A DNA stretch of 64,000 nucleotides, from the NCBI GenBank assembly GCA_964630055.1, contig CAZVRA010000002.1:207021-271020 (forward strand), given 5' to 3'. The notes beneath the pieces are model-generated. The model had not been told where the DNA came from and did no database searches. It saw only the letters and a program-made list of their open reading frames with translations. The stretch comes from an uncultured Candidatus Saccharibacteria bacterium. GTDB taxonomy: Bacteria > Patescibacteriota > Saccharimonadia > Saccharimonadales > CAZVRA01. The translations under genes were made by a program, and so were the position numbers. This document shows positions 52,264 through 62,682 of the stretch, piece by piece (within the stretch, counting starts at the first letter, position 1; each line of letters starts with the position of its first letter).

Positions 52264-55200
52264 TTATTTGTTTTCTGCTTTGATGGCAGGGTCTTTGCTG
52301 GTATCTTGGTCGTCTTCAGATTCGATAGGTATAGCTCCGGTACCAACTGGAATTCTGCGACCCAAGATGACGTTTTCTTTAAGACCAAACAAATGGTCTA
52401 CCTTGCCGCTAGTTGCAGCGCCAATCAGCACACGGGTGGTATCTTGGAAGCTAGCCGCACTCAGGAATGAATCTGTCGATAGCGAGGCTTTAGTAATACC
52501 AAGCAACAATTGCGTAAATTTAACTGGTTCTTTGCCTTTGGCAAGTAATTCTTCGTTAGCCTGACCAACAGCCAGCTTACTAACCACATCGCCAGTAACA
52601 AAGCCGCTATCGCCAGCGTCCTCGACCTGCACTCGACTAAACATCTGTCGAACGATGATTTCTAGGTGCTTGTCGGCAATGTTCTGGCCCTGACTAGCAA
52701 AAATTCTTAGAATTTCGTTCATGATATAGCGCTGAGTAGCTTCCACGCCCTGAAGTCGCATTAACTCGTGCAGATTGATTGAACCGTTAGTTAGTCTCTG
52801 GCCGGCAACAACTCTGTCGCCATCTTTGACCACTATTTGCTTAAATCCTGGAATTTCGTATTTGACCACGTTTTGCTTGGCGGGCGTTATGACTATAGAC
52901 TTTTTAGTAACCTCAGCCGTGCCAGCAATTGGCGAAATTAACGGGTTTGCTCCTTCTGCTTCGCTAGCTAGCACATCACCAATAGCCACATCACTGCCGC
53001 TGGCAATTTGAGCTTTGCGGGCATCGAGAGTTAGCTCGACCTTTGTCGTGTCATCGGCAGTCACCTGGATTATAGTGCGATCGTTGTCTTCCCAGGTATT
53101 AATAACACCTGCAATATCGCTTAGATAGGCCTGTCCTTTTGGAGCACGAACCTCAAAAAGCTCCTCAACACGCGGCAAACCAGTAGTTATGTCTTCACCG
53201 GCTACACCACCAGAGTGGAAAGTTTTTAGTGTTAGCTGAGTTCCTGGCTCACCAATACTTTGTGCCGCAATGACACCCACTGGATGATGATCGGCTACTA
53301 ACTCACCGGTTGCCGGATCGACTCCATAAGATTTACGTCCAATGCCACGAATGCTAGTGCAACTTAGGACGTTCATTATCTTGACTCCGTCGAGTTTGGT
53401 GTCGTCTTCTATGGCCTGGGCTATTTCTTCGGTAATTAGTTGGCCAGCTTTTATGTGCTTGCCAGCATCGGCAGCAGCAAAGCGACCTCGTAAACGCGAT
53501 GCATAAGGCACGCCTATTTCTTCGGCATCGGCCCGATAGATGGCAAAACCTGGATCATGCACCTCTTCGTCAAGTGTAAAGACATCTTGGCTAACATCGA
53601 CTAATCGACGTGTTAGGTAGCCAGAGTCGGCAGTTTTTAGGGCTGTGTCAATCATACCCTTGCGCGCACCCCTGGTGGCGGTGAAATATTCGAGCGGATT
53701 AAAACCATGTTTGTAGTTAGACTTAATTGGTAGCTCTATGGTTCGGCCCGTAGCATCGGCAACTAGACCAAACATACCTACGGCAGTGTTTACCTGGCCA
53801 ATGTTACCGCGAGCGCCCGAAAGCACAGCCGTAGACATAGCTGTATCCTGCTCGGTAAACTGCTCTGCTAGTGTTGTCTGAACATTATTGTCGACTGTTT
53901 TCCAGGCTTCGACCGTTAGTCGATACCTTTCGTCGTCGGTAATAAAGCCTTGATCAAATTGATCGCTAATCTGCGCAGCCTTAACTTCGCCAGCTTCGAT
54001 TAAACCTTTGAGTCCCTTAACTTCGCTAAAGTCATCCATTCCCATGCTAAGTCCAGAGCTGGTGGCATAGTAGAAGCCGGTGCGCTTTAATTCGTCAGCA
54101 ATTTGAGCTGTAATAGTTTGTCCATATTTTTGATAGATTTGGGCCATAACATTAGCCAATTTCTTTTTGGTCATGGCTTCGTTTTGGAATGGGAAATCTT
54201 CTGGCAAAATTTCGTTAAATAGAACCCGTCCAGTGGTAGTGCTTCTTACTTGACCACGGAAAGGCAGCCGTATTTTTGATTGCAAAGTAATCGAACCGCT
54301 GTCTAGCGCCATTAAGGCCTCATTTATGTCGGCAAATGGCAGCTGCTTGTCATCGGCTTGACCCCTGTCGTACGTTAAGTAGTAACAGCCAAGCACAATG
54401 TCTTGTTCGATATGCAAAATTGGCGATCCATCCGCTGGTTTAAGCAGGTTGCGGTTGGCAGCCATAATATTATGAGCTTCGGCCTGAGCGGCATCGCTCA
54501 GAGGCAAATGAACAGCCATCTGGTCGCCGTCGAAGTCGGCGTTAAAACCCTTACATACCAGTGGGTGCAGCTGAATAGCCTTACCCTCGATTAGAACTGG
54601 CTGAAAGGCCTGGATTGATAAACGGTGCAAACTAGGTGCTCGGTTTAGCAAAACGTATTTGCCTTTAATGACTTCATCAAGGGCATCCCAAACTGCCGCT
54701 TCGCGGGCTTCGATCATTCTGGTAGCAGCTCGAATATTATGCGCCAGTTCACAAGCAATCAGTTCGCCAATCACAAATGGTTTAAATAGCTCCAAAGCCA
54801 TCATTTTGGGGAGACCGCACTGGTTGATATTTAGCTCCGGTCCAGCCACGATAACTGATCGGCCAGAGTAATCAACTCGCTTACCAAGCAGGTTTTGTCG
54901 GAAACGGCCCTGCTTACCCTTGAGCATGTCGCTCAAGCTTTTTAGGCGCCGACGCTGACCAGTTGCTGCCACAGCGCGGCCAGAACGAGCATTATTGTTG
55001 TCTATTAAAGCATCGACAGCTTCTTGAAGCATGCGCTGTTCGTTGCGGCGAATTACTTCGGGCGCGTTGAGATCGATCAGTTTTTTTAGACGATTATTTC
55101 GGTTAATAACTCGCCTATAAAGGTCGTTTAGATCGCTAGTGGCAAATCGGCCGCCCGTTAGCTGCACCATTGGTCGCAGATCTGGAGGAATAACCGGCAA

Positions 55201-56091
55201 AACCGAAACACAAAGACTATCTGGTGTAATGCCAGCGCGGTGCATGCTTTCGAGCAATCGCAGACGCTTCATGATTTTCTTTTTGCGTTGACCCTTAGCT
55301 TCCTCGGCTTCTTTTGTTAAGTCACCAATTAGCTTGGCCAAATCAACTTGATCGAGCAAATCTTTTAGGGCTTGACCTCCCATGCCGACAGTAACCAAAT
55401 CACGAAATTCTTCGGGCAAGTTACGGTAATCGGTCTCGCTTATAAGCTGATTAACTTGCAATATTTCTAGTTGAGACTTTGTTTGTTCGTATTCTTCGCT
55501 CAGAGTTTCTTGTTCTTTGGTTTGAGCTTCGGCTAGAGCCTTGGCGTTAGCTTCGGGCGATTTGGCTTCTTGCTCGAATCTTAGTTTTATGGCTTCCTTG
55601 GCGGCGTTGAATTCTGCTTCCCGGTCGGTCAGCATCTGGTCTCGCTTAGCTTGATCGACAGTTTTTATGACATAACTAGCAAAATAAGCAATACGCTCCA
55701 AGTTTTTGACTGTCAGGCCCAAAACTAAGCCCATAGCACTAGGCGTGCCGCGCAAAAACCAAATATGCGCCACTGGTGATGCTAGGGTAATATGACCCAT
55801 TCGTTCGCGGCGAACAATTGACTTGGTGACAACTTCACCTTTTTTGTCGACAGCAGCCTCTCGGGATCTTACGCCCTTAAATTTTGCGTCATGTGGGCTA
55901 ATGTCCTTGACTGGTCCAAAAATACGCTCACAAAACAAGCCATCTCTTTCTGGCTTTTGTGTTCGATAGTTTATTGTCTCGGGCTTAGTTACTTCGCCGT
56001 TTGACCAATCTAGAATGTCAGCCGGACTAGCAACGGCCAACCTAACTGCATCGAAATCGGCAATATTAGTTCCAGATGAATAGCGTCTCAT
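52264..56091 (-). CDS. rpoC: DNA-directed RNA polymerase subunit beta'
   Basis: 1275 aa with the catalytic NADFDGDQMAVH motif. Confidence 0.97.
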   Translation of the reverse strand: MRRYSSGTNIADFDAVRLAVASPADILDWSNGEVTKPETINYRTQKPERDGLFCERIFGPVKDISPHDAKFKGVRSREAAVDKKGEVVTKSIVRRERMGHITLASPVAHIWFLRGTPSAMGLVLGLTVKNLERIAYFASYVIKTVDQAKRDQMLTDREAEFNAAKEAIKLRFEQEAKSPEANAKALAEAQTKEQETLSEEYEQTKSQLEILQVNQLISETDYRNLPEEFRDLVTVGMGGQALKDLLDQVDLAKLIGDLTKEAEEAKGQRKKKIMKRLRLLESMHRAGITPDSLCVSVLPVIPPDLRPMVQLTGGRFATSDLNDLYRRVINRNNRLKKLIDLNAPEVIRRNEQRMLQEAVDALIDNNNARSGRAVAATGQRRRLKSLSDMLKGKQGRFRQNLLGKRVDYSGRSVIVAGPELNINQCGLPKMMALELFKPFVIGELIACELAHNIRAATRMIEAREAAVWDALDEVIKGKYVLLNRAPSLHRLSIQAFQPVLIEGKAIQLHPLVCKGFNADFDGDQMAVHLPLSDAAQAEAHNIMAANRNLLKPADGSPILHIEQDIVLGCYYLTYDRGQADDKQLPFADINEALMALDSGSITLQSKIRLPFRGQVRSTTTGRVLFNEILPEDFPFQNEAMTKKKLANVMAQIYQKYGQTITAQIADELKRTGFYYATSSGLSMGMDDFSEVKGLKGLIEAGEVKAAQISDQFDQGFITDDERYRLTVEAWKTVDNNVQTTLAEQFTEQDTAMSTAVLSGARGNIGQVNTAVGMFGLVADATGRTIELPIKSNYKHGFNPLEYFTATRGARKGMIDTALKTADSGYLTRRLVDVSQDVFTLDEEVHDPGFAIYRADAEEIGVPYASRLRGRFAAADAGKHIKAGQLITEEIAQAIEDDTKLDGVKIMNVLSCTSIRGIGRKSYGVDPATGELVADHHPVGVIAAQSIGEPGTQLTLKTFHSGGVAGEDITTGLPRVEELFEVRAPKGQAYLSDIAGVINTWEDNDRTIIQVTADDTTKVELTLDARKAQIASGSDVAIGDVLASEAEGANPLISPIAGTAEVTKKSIVITPAKQNVVKYEIPGFKQIVVKDGDRVVAGQRLTNGSINLHELMRLQGVEATQRYIMNEILRIFASQGQNIADKHLEIIVRQMFSRVQVEDAGDSGFVTGDVVSKLAVGQANEELLAKGKEPVKFTQLLLGITKASLSTDSFLSAASFQDTTRVLIGAATSGKVDHLFGLKENVILGRRIPVGTGAIPIESEDDQDTSKDPAIKAENK

Positions 56092-59000
56092 TATAGTGCC
56101 TCCTTGTCTTCGGTGTTTGTTGTCTGAGCAGCCGTTTCCGCTATGTCTTGCGCGTCCTGATCATCAAGGTCGTCGTTATCGTCATAATCGGCGACTGCAG
56201 CCGTAGTGCCAGTCACACCACTTGAATGTACAGCATCGTCAAGTTCCATAATTTCGAACTCATCAGCTACAGCGTCTTCATTAACATCAACATCAGAAAC
56301 CTCGGGTGTTGGGACTTCTGTAGTTGCCTGATTGCTGGCTTCGTCCTTAATGTTCTGCGCCAAAATAGCTTCGGCATCAATTACTTTGTCTGATGCTACC
56401 AGATCCACCTTAAGACCCAAGCCTTGCAGCTCTTTAACAAGCACGTTGAAGCTTTCTGGTACTTTTGGCCCAACAATTTCGGTTTGCTTAATGATGGATT
56501 CATAGGCTTTGCTACGTCCATAAACATCGTCGGATTTAATTGTTAGCATTTCCTGCAAAGTATGAGCGGCGCCGTAAGCTTCTAGCGCCCAGACTTCCAT
56601 TTCTCCAAAGCGTTGACCACCGTTCTGAGCTTTACCGCCCAGTGGCTGCTGAGTGACCATGGTATATGGTCCAGTAGAACGAGCGTGAATTTTGTCGGCA
56701 ATCATATGATTAAGCTTAATCATATACATACTACCGACAGTAGTGCGCTCACTAAACGCTTCGCCAGTGCGACCGTCGTAAAGTTGCTGCTTGCCATCTT
56801 CGGGCAGACCGGCCTCTTTTAGTAACTGACGGATTTTGCTAATTGACACACCGTCGAACGAAGGGCTGGCAACTTTCATGCCCAAAGCGCGAGCGGCCAT
56901 CCCTAGGTGAGTTTCGAATAATTGGCCGACATTCATACGACTTGGCACGCCAAGCGGGTTTAGAATGATGTCGACCGGAGTGCCGTCTTCTGTAAATGGC
57001 AAATCCTCGACTGGCAGAACTCGGGCGATAACACCCTTATTACCGTGACGACCACCAAGTTTGTCGCCAACGGCAATTTTGCGCATCTGGGCGACAAATA
57101 TTTGAACCTGCATCAGCACGCCACTTTTTAGCTCGTGGCCATTTTCGCGGCTAAATATTTTTATGCCAACGACCTTGCCGTATTTACCATTGCTCATGCG
57201 TTGGCTGGTGTCTCGGACTTCTTTAGCTTTTTCACCAAAAATTGCTCGCAGCAAACGCTCTTCGCTGCTTAGTTCTTGCTCGCCTTTTGGTGTGATTTTA
57301 CCTACCAGAATGTCGCCAGGATGAACCTCGGCACCAATACGGACTATGCCGTCATCGTCTAGATGGCGCAGTGATTCCTCGCTAACATTAGGGATGTCAC
57401 GAGTAATTACCTCTGGGCCCAACTTAGTTTCACGAACTTCTGTCATGTAATCGACAATATGTACGCTGGTTAGAGTATCGTCTTCGACTAATTTTCGGCT
57501 AATGATAATCGCATCTTCGAAGTTGTAGCCAGCCCAGGGCATAAAGGCTACTAGCAGGTCTTTACCCAGAGCCAGTTCGCCGCCAGATATCGACATGCCT
57601 TCTATGAGCACATCGCCTTGCTTAATTTTGTCGCCAGTGCTTACAACTACTTTTTGGTTAATGCTTGTGCCTTCGTTGCTACGAACAAAATGTAGCGCTT
57701 CGTAGGTTACGCTGTCTTTGGCGTACTTTACGACAACTTCGTCGGCAGTAGCCTTTGCCACGACACCAGGACCCTCTGCTAGGACTACCTGGCCAGAGTT
57801 ACGGGCAGCCAAGCCTTCCATGCCGGTTCCGACAATAGGACTAACAGGGTTAATTAGTGGCACCGCTTGACGCTGCTGGTTGCTACCCATCAGACTTCTA
57901 TAAACATAGTTCTTTTCGATAAATGGAATTAGGGCGGCGCTAGAACCAATAATTTGCCGCCTGGAAGCATCCATATGTGTAACATCGTTAGCGTCGACTT
58001 CTGTCGATACCAAACGATTACGCACACTAACGCGTTCGTTGACAAAATTATTATTAGCATCTATGCCCTCGCCCGATCCGGCAATAACAGCGGCGTCTTC
58101 GGCTGCCGCGTCTAGGTAAACTATATCGCTCGTTACCACAGCTTTAACTGGCCAAGTGACTTTGTCTTCTACTTTTGCAAGTTTTTTGGCCTGGGCTTCG
58201 GTAATTTTGGAACCGGCTTTAACAATTACAACACCGTTGTTGTCTTCTAGATCTACGCTGGCTGTATGGCCAACAATATCTTTGGCGATAGCCGAATTGA
58301 TGACCTTTCTGTAGGGTGTTTCGATAAAACCATATTCGTTGATACGAGCGTAGCTAGCCAGGTTTAGCACCAAGCCAATGTTAGCGCCTTCTGGTGTTTC
58401 GACCGCACAAATACGACCGTAATGGGTAGCGTGCGCATCACGGACTTCAAAACCAGCTCGTTCGCGGCTCAAGCCACCAGGTCCCATAGAACTGAGTCGG
58501 CGTTTGTGAGCCAATTCGCTGAGCGGGTTGATCTGGTCCATGAACTGACTTAGCTGAGAACTTGCAAAAAATTCACGAACTGCGGCCACAATTGGGCGAG
58601 CGTTAATTAGCTGAGCTGGCGTGACGGTTTCGATTTCGCTCATGCTCATGCGGTCCTTGGTGTTGCGCTCCATGCGCAGCAAACCAATTCTAAACTGGCG
58701 CTGAACCAGCTCGCCAACCAACTTTACGCGCCGGTTGGCTAGACTATCGATATCGTCGGCCGGTTCTTGTGTATTATTAAGACGAATTATTTCTGAAATA
58801 ATTGCCGTTAAATCTTCTAGCCGCATAATCCGGTTTTCGGCTGTATTTGGTATGTCTAAGTTAAGGCGCTTGTTGATTTTGTATCGGCCAACACGGCTGA
58901 AATCGAATCGCTTAAAGTTATAAAACATGTTTTCGATTAAGCTACGTGCGTTGTCTACAGTCGCCAAATCGCCTGGTCGCAAGCGACGATAAACCTCTAT

Positions 59001-59735
59001 CAATGCGTCATTAACGCCCTTGGAGGGGTCTTTGTCTAGCGTTGCAGTAACATAATTTATTTTGCCTTGGTCAACGTGGGCAAAAGTGGCTTTTATTTGA
59101 GCTTCGCTCAGGCCAAGTGCCCTTAGTAGTGTGGTAACTGGGATTTTTCGCTTGCGGTCGATTTTTACATAAAGTGCGCCGTTGGCAGCGGTTTCGAACT
59201 CTAGCCATGCGCCACGTCCAGGTATAACCTTAGCACCATAAAGGTTGCGGTTGGCGCCAGTTTCGGCTGTAAAGAAAACGCCAGCCGATCGGATTAGCTG
59301 GCTAACAACGACTCTTTCGGCACCGTTAATGACAAATGTGCCACGGCTGGTCATCCATGGGTAGTCGCCAAGATATATTTCTTGCTCTTTGACCTCGCCG
59401 GTTACTTTGTTGGTTAGCTCAACCGTAGCTTTTAGAGGTGCGTCGTAGCTAATGTTGTTTTCGCGAGCTTCGCGTTCGGTAACTTTTGGGTCTTCAAAAC
59501 GGTAATGCTTAAAGCGTAGGCTAAGCTTTGTGCCGGTATAATCATCAATCGGGCTAACTTCTTGTAAAAGCTCGCCAAGCCCTTCTTCGACTAGCCATTG
59601 CCAGGATTTGTTTTGATGATCAACTAAATTTGGTAGGTCTAGTATCTCTTGTTGATTAGTGTAGAAAACTCGCTCGTTTGATTTATTGTTTTGCTTTTGA
59701 TTGGTTTTTTTGCCGACGGTGGTGTCATTGACCAT
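56091..59735 (-). CDS. rpoB: DNA-directed RNA polymerase subunit beta, with acidic C-terminal tail
   Basis: Start at ATG 59735 (MVNDTTVGKK). GRHGNKGV and GGQRFGEMEVWALEAYGA motifs. Confidence 0.97.
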   Translation of the reverse strand: MVNDTTVGKKTNQKQNNKSNERVFYTNQQEILDLPNLVDHQNKSWQWLVEEGLGELLQEVSPIDDYTGTKLSLRFKHYRFEDPKVTEREARENNISYDAPLKATVELTNKVTGEVKEQEIYLGDYPWMTSRGTFVINGAERVVVSQLIRSAGVFFTAETGANRNLYGAKVIPGRGAWLEFETAANGALYVKIDRKRKIPVTTLLRALGLSEAQIKATFAHVDQGKINYVTATLDKDPSKGVNDALIEVYRRLRPGDLATVDNARSLIENMFYNFKRFDFSRVGRYKINKRLNLDIPNTAENRIMRLEDLTAIISEIIRLNNTQEPADDIDSLANRRVKLVGELVQRQFRIGLLRMERNTKDRMSMSEIETVTPAQLINARPIVAAVREFFASSQLSQFMDQINPLSELAHKRRLSSMGPGGLSRERAGFEVRDAHATHYGRICAVETPEGANIGLVLNLASYARINEYGFIETPYRKVINSAIAKDIVGHTASVDLEDNNGVVIVKAGSKITEAQAKKLAKVEDKVTWPVKAVVTSDIVYLDAAAEDAAVIAGSGEGIDANNNFVNERVSVRNRLVSTEVDANDVTHMDASRRQIIGSSAALIPFIEKNYVYRSLMGSNQQRQAVPLINPVSPIVGTGMEGLAARNSGQVVLAEGPGVVAKATADEVVVKYAKDSVTYEALHFVRSNEGTSINQKVVVSTGDKIKQGDVLIEGMSISGGELALGKDLLVAFMPWAGYNFEDAIIISRKLVEDDTLTSVHIVDYMTEVRETKLGPEVITRDIPNVSEESLRHLDDDGIVRIGAEVHPGDILVGKITPKGEQELSSEERLLRAIFGEKAKEVRDTSQRMSNGKYGKVVGIKIFSRENGHELKSGVLMQVQIFVAQMRKIAVGDKLGGRHGNKGVIARVLPVEDLPFTEDGTPVDIILNPLGVPSRMNVGQLFETHLGMAARALGMKVASPSFDGVSISKIRQLLKEAGLPEDGKQQLYDGRTGEAFSERTTVGSMYMIKLNHMIADKIHARSTGPYTMVTQQPLGGKAQNGGQRFGEMEVWALEAYGAAHTLQEMLTIKSDDVYGRSKAYESIIKQTEIVGPKVPESFNVLVKELQGLGLKVDLVASDKVIDAEAILAQNIKDEASNQATTEVPTPEVSDVDVNEDAVADEFEIMELDDAVHSSGVTGTTAAVADYDDNDDLDDQDAQDIAETAAQTTNTEDKEAL

Positions 59736-59938
59736 ATTTAGACTTACTCCCGTTATAATCCCTAAGCAAGGGGCAAGCACAACCCATAAAGTAATCCAAC
59801 GGGTCGGCTTATAATATTGATAAATTGGTGCGCGCGAAGGTTTCTAAGTGCGACGACTTACTCTACTTCTTGAGTATATAGTGTGAAGCACTAACCAACA
59901 ATTGTCAAGCTAAAACCACACTTAAACGACGGGCCGGA

Positions 59939-60745
59939 TCAAGTGGCTCGATTAAGCTGCTGATGATACTGAGCGTTATCGACTGCTATTTGCATTTCGT
60001 AGGGCAAATACTCTAGTACGTTATCGAGCTTATTATGATCTGTTATTGGCCAACCGATATGCACTTGAGGCTGCCCAGATTGGTCATGATCCTTCCGAGG
60101 ATACCACAAACCAACTGGCACAACGGCTACATCCTGGTTGGCAGCCACTTCTCCGACAATACGACCTATGCCGGCTTGCAGAGGTTGAACTGTTTCGGGG
60201 TGAGCTTGATTACGCGTACCTTCTGGAAAGATAGCCAAGTTCATGCCAGACTTAAGCGTTAATATCGACAAATCTATAGCTTTTTTGGTAGACATGGTTC
60301 GCAGGGCTTGTTCTTGCGAGTCTGTCGATTTAGAATCCTTGGCCCTAAATGTGGGCACGGCGCCTATTTTATCGACAGCCGCTCGTTGCCAAGACAGCGG
60401 TAAAATAGGTGTCTGGCGAACCGCAAAAACATCTGGCTTGGCTAGCACCCTAGTGCTACCCGCCAAATGCTGCAATGGCTGGTAACGACGAGTAGCCCCT
60501 GCCAGCAAATACTGATCTTTGTTATTGATGTGGTTAATACTCAGTACCAATGGCACATCCCGATCTTTTAAGTAGCCAAGGCGAGCAAAAGTACCTGGAT
60601 TTTCCGACAAGCGCGGTTTCATTACAGCCGCAAAAGCCCGAAATGCAAAACGGGCAAAGGCCTCTGAAGGCAGTTGCTCCTGGTACCAGCTATAAAGTTC
60701 CGTTACCTGCTCAGGTGATTTTAATTGTATTGCTGGACGCTTCAT
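59939..60745 (-). CDS. lysophospholipid (1-acyl-sn-glycerol-3-phosphate) acyltransferase family protein
   Basis: HxxxxD box (SINHINNKDQ) and the FPEGTR motif. Confidence 0.75.
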   Translation of the reverse strand: MKRPAIQLKSPEQVTELYSWYQEQLPSEAFARFAFRAFAAVMKPRLSENPGTFARLGYLKDRDVPLVLSINHINNKDQYLLAGATRRYQPLQHLAGSTRVLAKPDVFAVRQTPILPLSWQRAAVDKIGAVPTFRAKDSKSTDSQEQALRTMSTKKAIDLSILTLKSGMNLAIFPEGTRNQAHPETVQPLQAGIGRIVGEVAANQDVAVVPVGLWYPRKDHDQSGQPQVHIGWPITDHNKLDNVLEYLPYEMQIAVDNAQYHQQLNRAT

Positions 60746-60746
60746 A

Positions 60747-61355
60747 TTATTTTACGACCTTGTCTGCCAAACCATAAGCTACAGCTTCGTCGGCGGTCAT
60801 CCAGTAATCTCGTTCCATGTCGGCATGAATTTTGGATGATTTCTGACCAGTGTTTTTGGTCATAATCTCGCGGAGTAAATTTTTTACACGCAACGATTCT
60901 TTAAGATCAATCTCTTGGTCGGTGACTTTGCCGCGAGTGCCACTGCTGGGCTGGTGGATCATGATGGTGCTGTGAGGCAATATAAAACGCTTACCTTTTG
61001 CGCCGCTACTCAGCAAAAATGCAGCAGCGCTCGCCTGAACTCCAATGCCAACGGTCTGAACATCATTTTTTATATGTTGCATGGTGTCATAAATTGCTAA
61101 AGCGTCATAAACACTACCACCCGGGCTATTTATATACAGCTGAATATCTTTTTTAGGGTCATCGGCTTGCAAAAAAAGTAGCTGAGCCACAACTAAGTTG
61201 GCCGTATGGTCGTTAACCGCATCTCCCAAAAAAATAATCCGCTCTTTAAGCAAACGACTATAGATGTCGAAGGCTCGTTCGACTCGGCCTTCGGTTTCGA
61301 TAACTGTTGGTATAATAGTACTCATATTAATTGTGCTCATATTGATGTTACTCAT
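60747..61355 (-). CDS. clpP: ATP-dependent Clp protease proteolytic subunit
   Basis: [30 protein letters not shown] and catalytic-triad context ([18 protein letters not shown]). Three in-frame ATGs lie at 61355, 61340 and 61325, and the third gives the canonical N-terminus. Confidence 0.93.
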   Translation of the reverse strand: MSNINMSTINMSTIIPTVIETEGRVERAFDIYSRLLKERIIFLGDAVNDHTANLVVAQLLFLQADDPKKDIQLYINSPGGSVYDALAIYDTMQHIKNDVQTVGIGVQASAAAFLLSSGAKGKRFILPHSTIMIHQPSSGTRGKVTDQEIDLKESLRVKNLLREIMTKNTGQKSSKIHADMERDYWMTADEAVAYGLADKVVK

Positions 61356-61371
61356 TTTGGCTTTTTGGCCT

Positions 61372-62682
61372 TTAAACTTTCTTGGGCTGCTTACCCTTAC
61401 TATTATTGGCGTAACTCATAAGAAGATCTATGGTTTTTTCGGTCTGTATCCTAGAAGCAATGTCTCGTTCGGCCTCTGGTTTATCCAGCTCGGCCTGCAT
61501 TTTTGGATCTGGGTATTGACCTTTTAACAACTTAATTCTGATGGCGACTTCTTCTGGTGTGACGGTGATATTTTCGGCTTCGGCAATAGCTCCCAGCATA
61601 ACACCAACCTTGATTTGCTCAATAGCTCCGGGTCGTTGGCGCTGGCGATGCTCTTCTTGGCTGACACCTTCCGATTCTAAATGCTGCTGCCAGGTTTGGC
61701 CACGATAGACTACATTACGCTTTTCTTCGGCTTCCATGCTGTCGATCTGCTGCTCAACTAAGCTTTCGGCAATGGCGACCTTGGTTTTTTGAGCCAGCCC
61801 CAGTATCAAATCCTGTTCAGCCCGTGATTTAGCAGCCTGTTGGCGCTCTGCCGTAAGCTGTTTTTTGATATCTGCTTTTAAATCTTTTAGCGTCTTAAAA
61901 GGGCCGGCCTTAGCAGCCATAGCGTCGTCTGCTTTAGCTGGAGTAACTGACTCTAGTTTGTTTAGCGTGACCGAAAAAGTAATATTTTTGTTTTGCAGTG
62001 CTTTGACGTTGTAATCTTTTGGAAAAACGACATCAAATTTTTTGGTTTCACCCGGCTTCATGCCAACTACATTGGATTCGAAACCTGGTATAAAAGAGTT
62101 ACTACCCAGTGTTAGCGGGTAGCCTTTGCCCTCAGCTCCAGCCACCGGTTTGCCGTTATCGTCGGTGCCAGCAAAATCTATGGTGGCCATGTCCTGCTCT
62201 TTGGCTGGACGACTGACTTCCTTATGTTCACCCAGTTGCTGCCTAAGACGATCAATGACCTCTTTTACATCCTGCTCAACCACTGTGGTTTTGGCAACAG
62301 TAACTGAGTGCTTTTTATAATCTGGCAGCGTGACTTTGCCCAGGACATCGGATGTGATGCTGACTTCAAAGGTAGTAAAAGGAACAAACTTTTTTATCGA
62401 TACATCTGGCTGGCCAATGGTGCGGAGTTTATCTTGCCTAATAGCCGACATAAAACAATGGTTGATCGCCAGATCAATAAACTCTTGCTGCAAACTTTGC
62501 TGAGGAACATGTTTTTCTACTACACTAAGTGGTGCTTTGCCGGCTCTAAAACCATCTATTTTAAGTGACTGCGTGTTGAGTCTGTTCAGAGCAGTTTTTT
62601 TGATATCAGCCAAAGTGGCAGCATCAAAATCGCCGATAATTGTAACGTTGGTGTCGCTGTTATGTTTGATAATACACTTCAT
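61372..62682 (-). CDS. tig: trigger factor
   Basis: 436 aa. PPIase-like middle ([12 protein letters not shown]...[10 protein letters not shown]). Lies in the tig-clpP order. Confidence 0.9.
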   Translation of the reverse strand: MKCIIKHNSDTNVTIIGDFDAATLADIKKTALNRLNTQSLKIDGFRAGKAPLSVVEKHVPQQSLQQEFIDLAINHCFMSAIRQDKLRTIGQPDVSIKKFVPFTTFEVSITSDVLGKVTLPDYKKHSVTVAKTTVVEQDVKEVIDRLRQQLGEHKEVSRPAKEQDMATIDFAGTDDNGKPVAGAEGKGYPLTLGSNSFIPGFESNVVGMKPGETKKFDVVFPKDYNVKALQNKNITFSVTLNKLESVTPAKADDAMAAKAGPFKTLKDLKADIKKQLTAERQQAAKSRAEQDLILGLAQKTKVAIAESLVEQQIDSMEAEEKRNVVYRGQTWQQHLESEGVSQEEHRQRQRPGAIEQIKVGVMLGAIAEAENITVTPEEVAIRIKLLKGQYPDPKMQAELDKPEAERDIASRIQTEKTIDLLMSYANNSKGKQPKKV

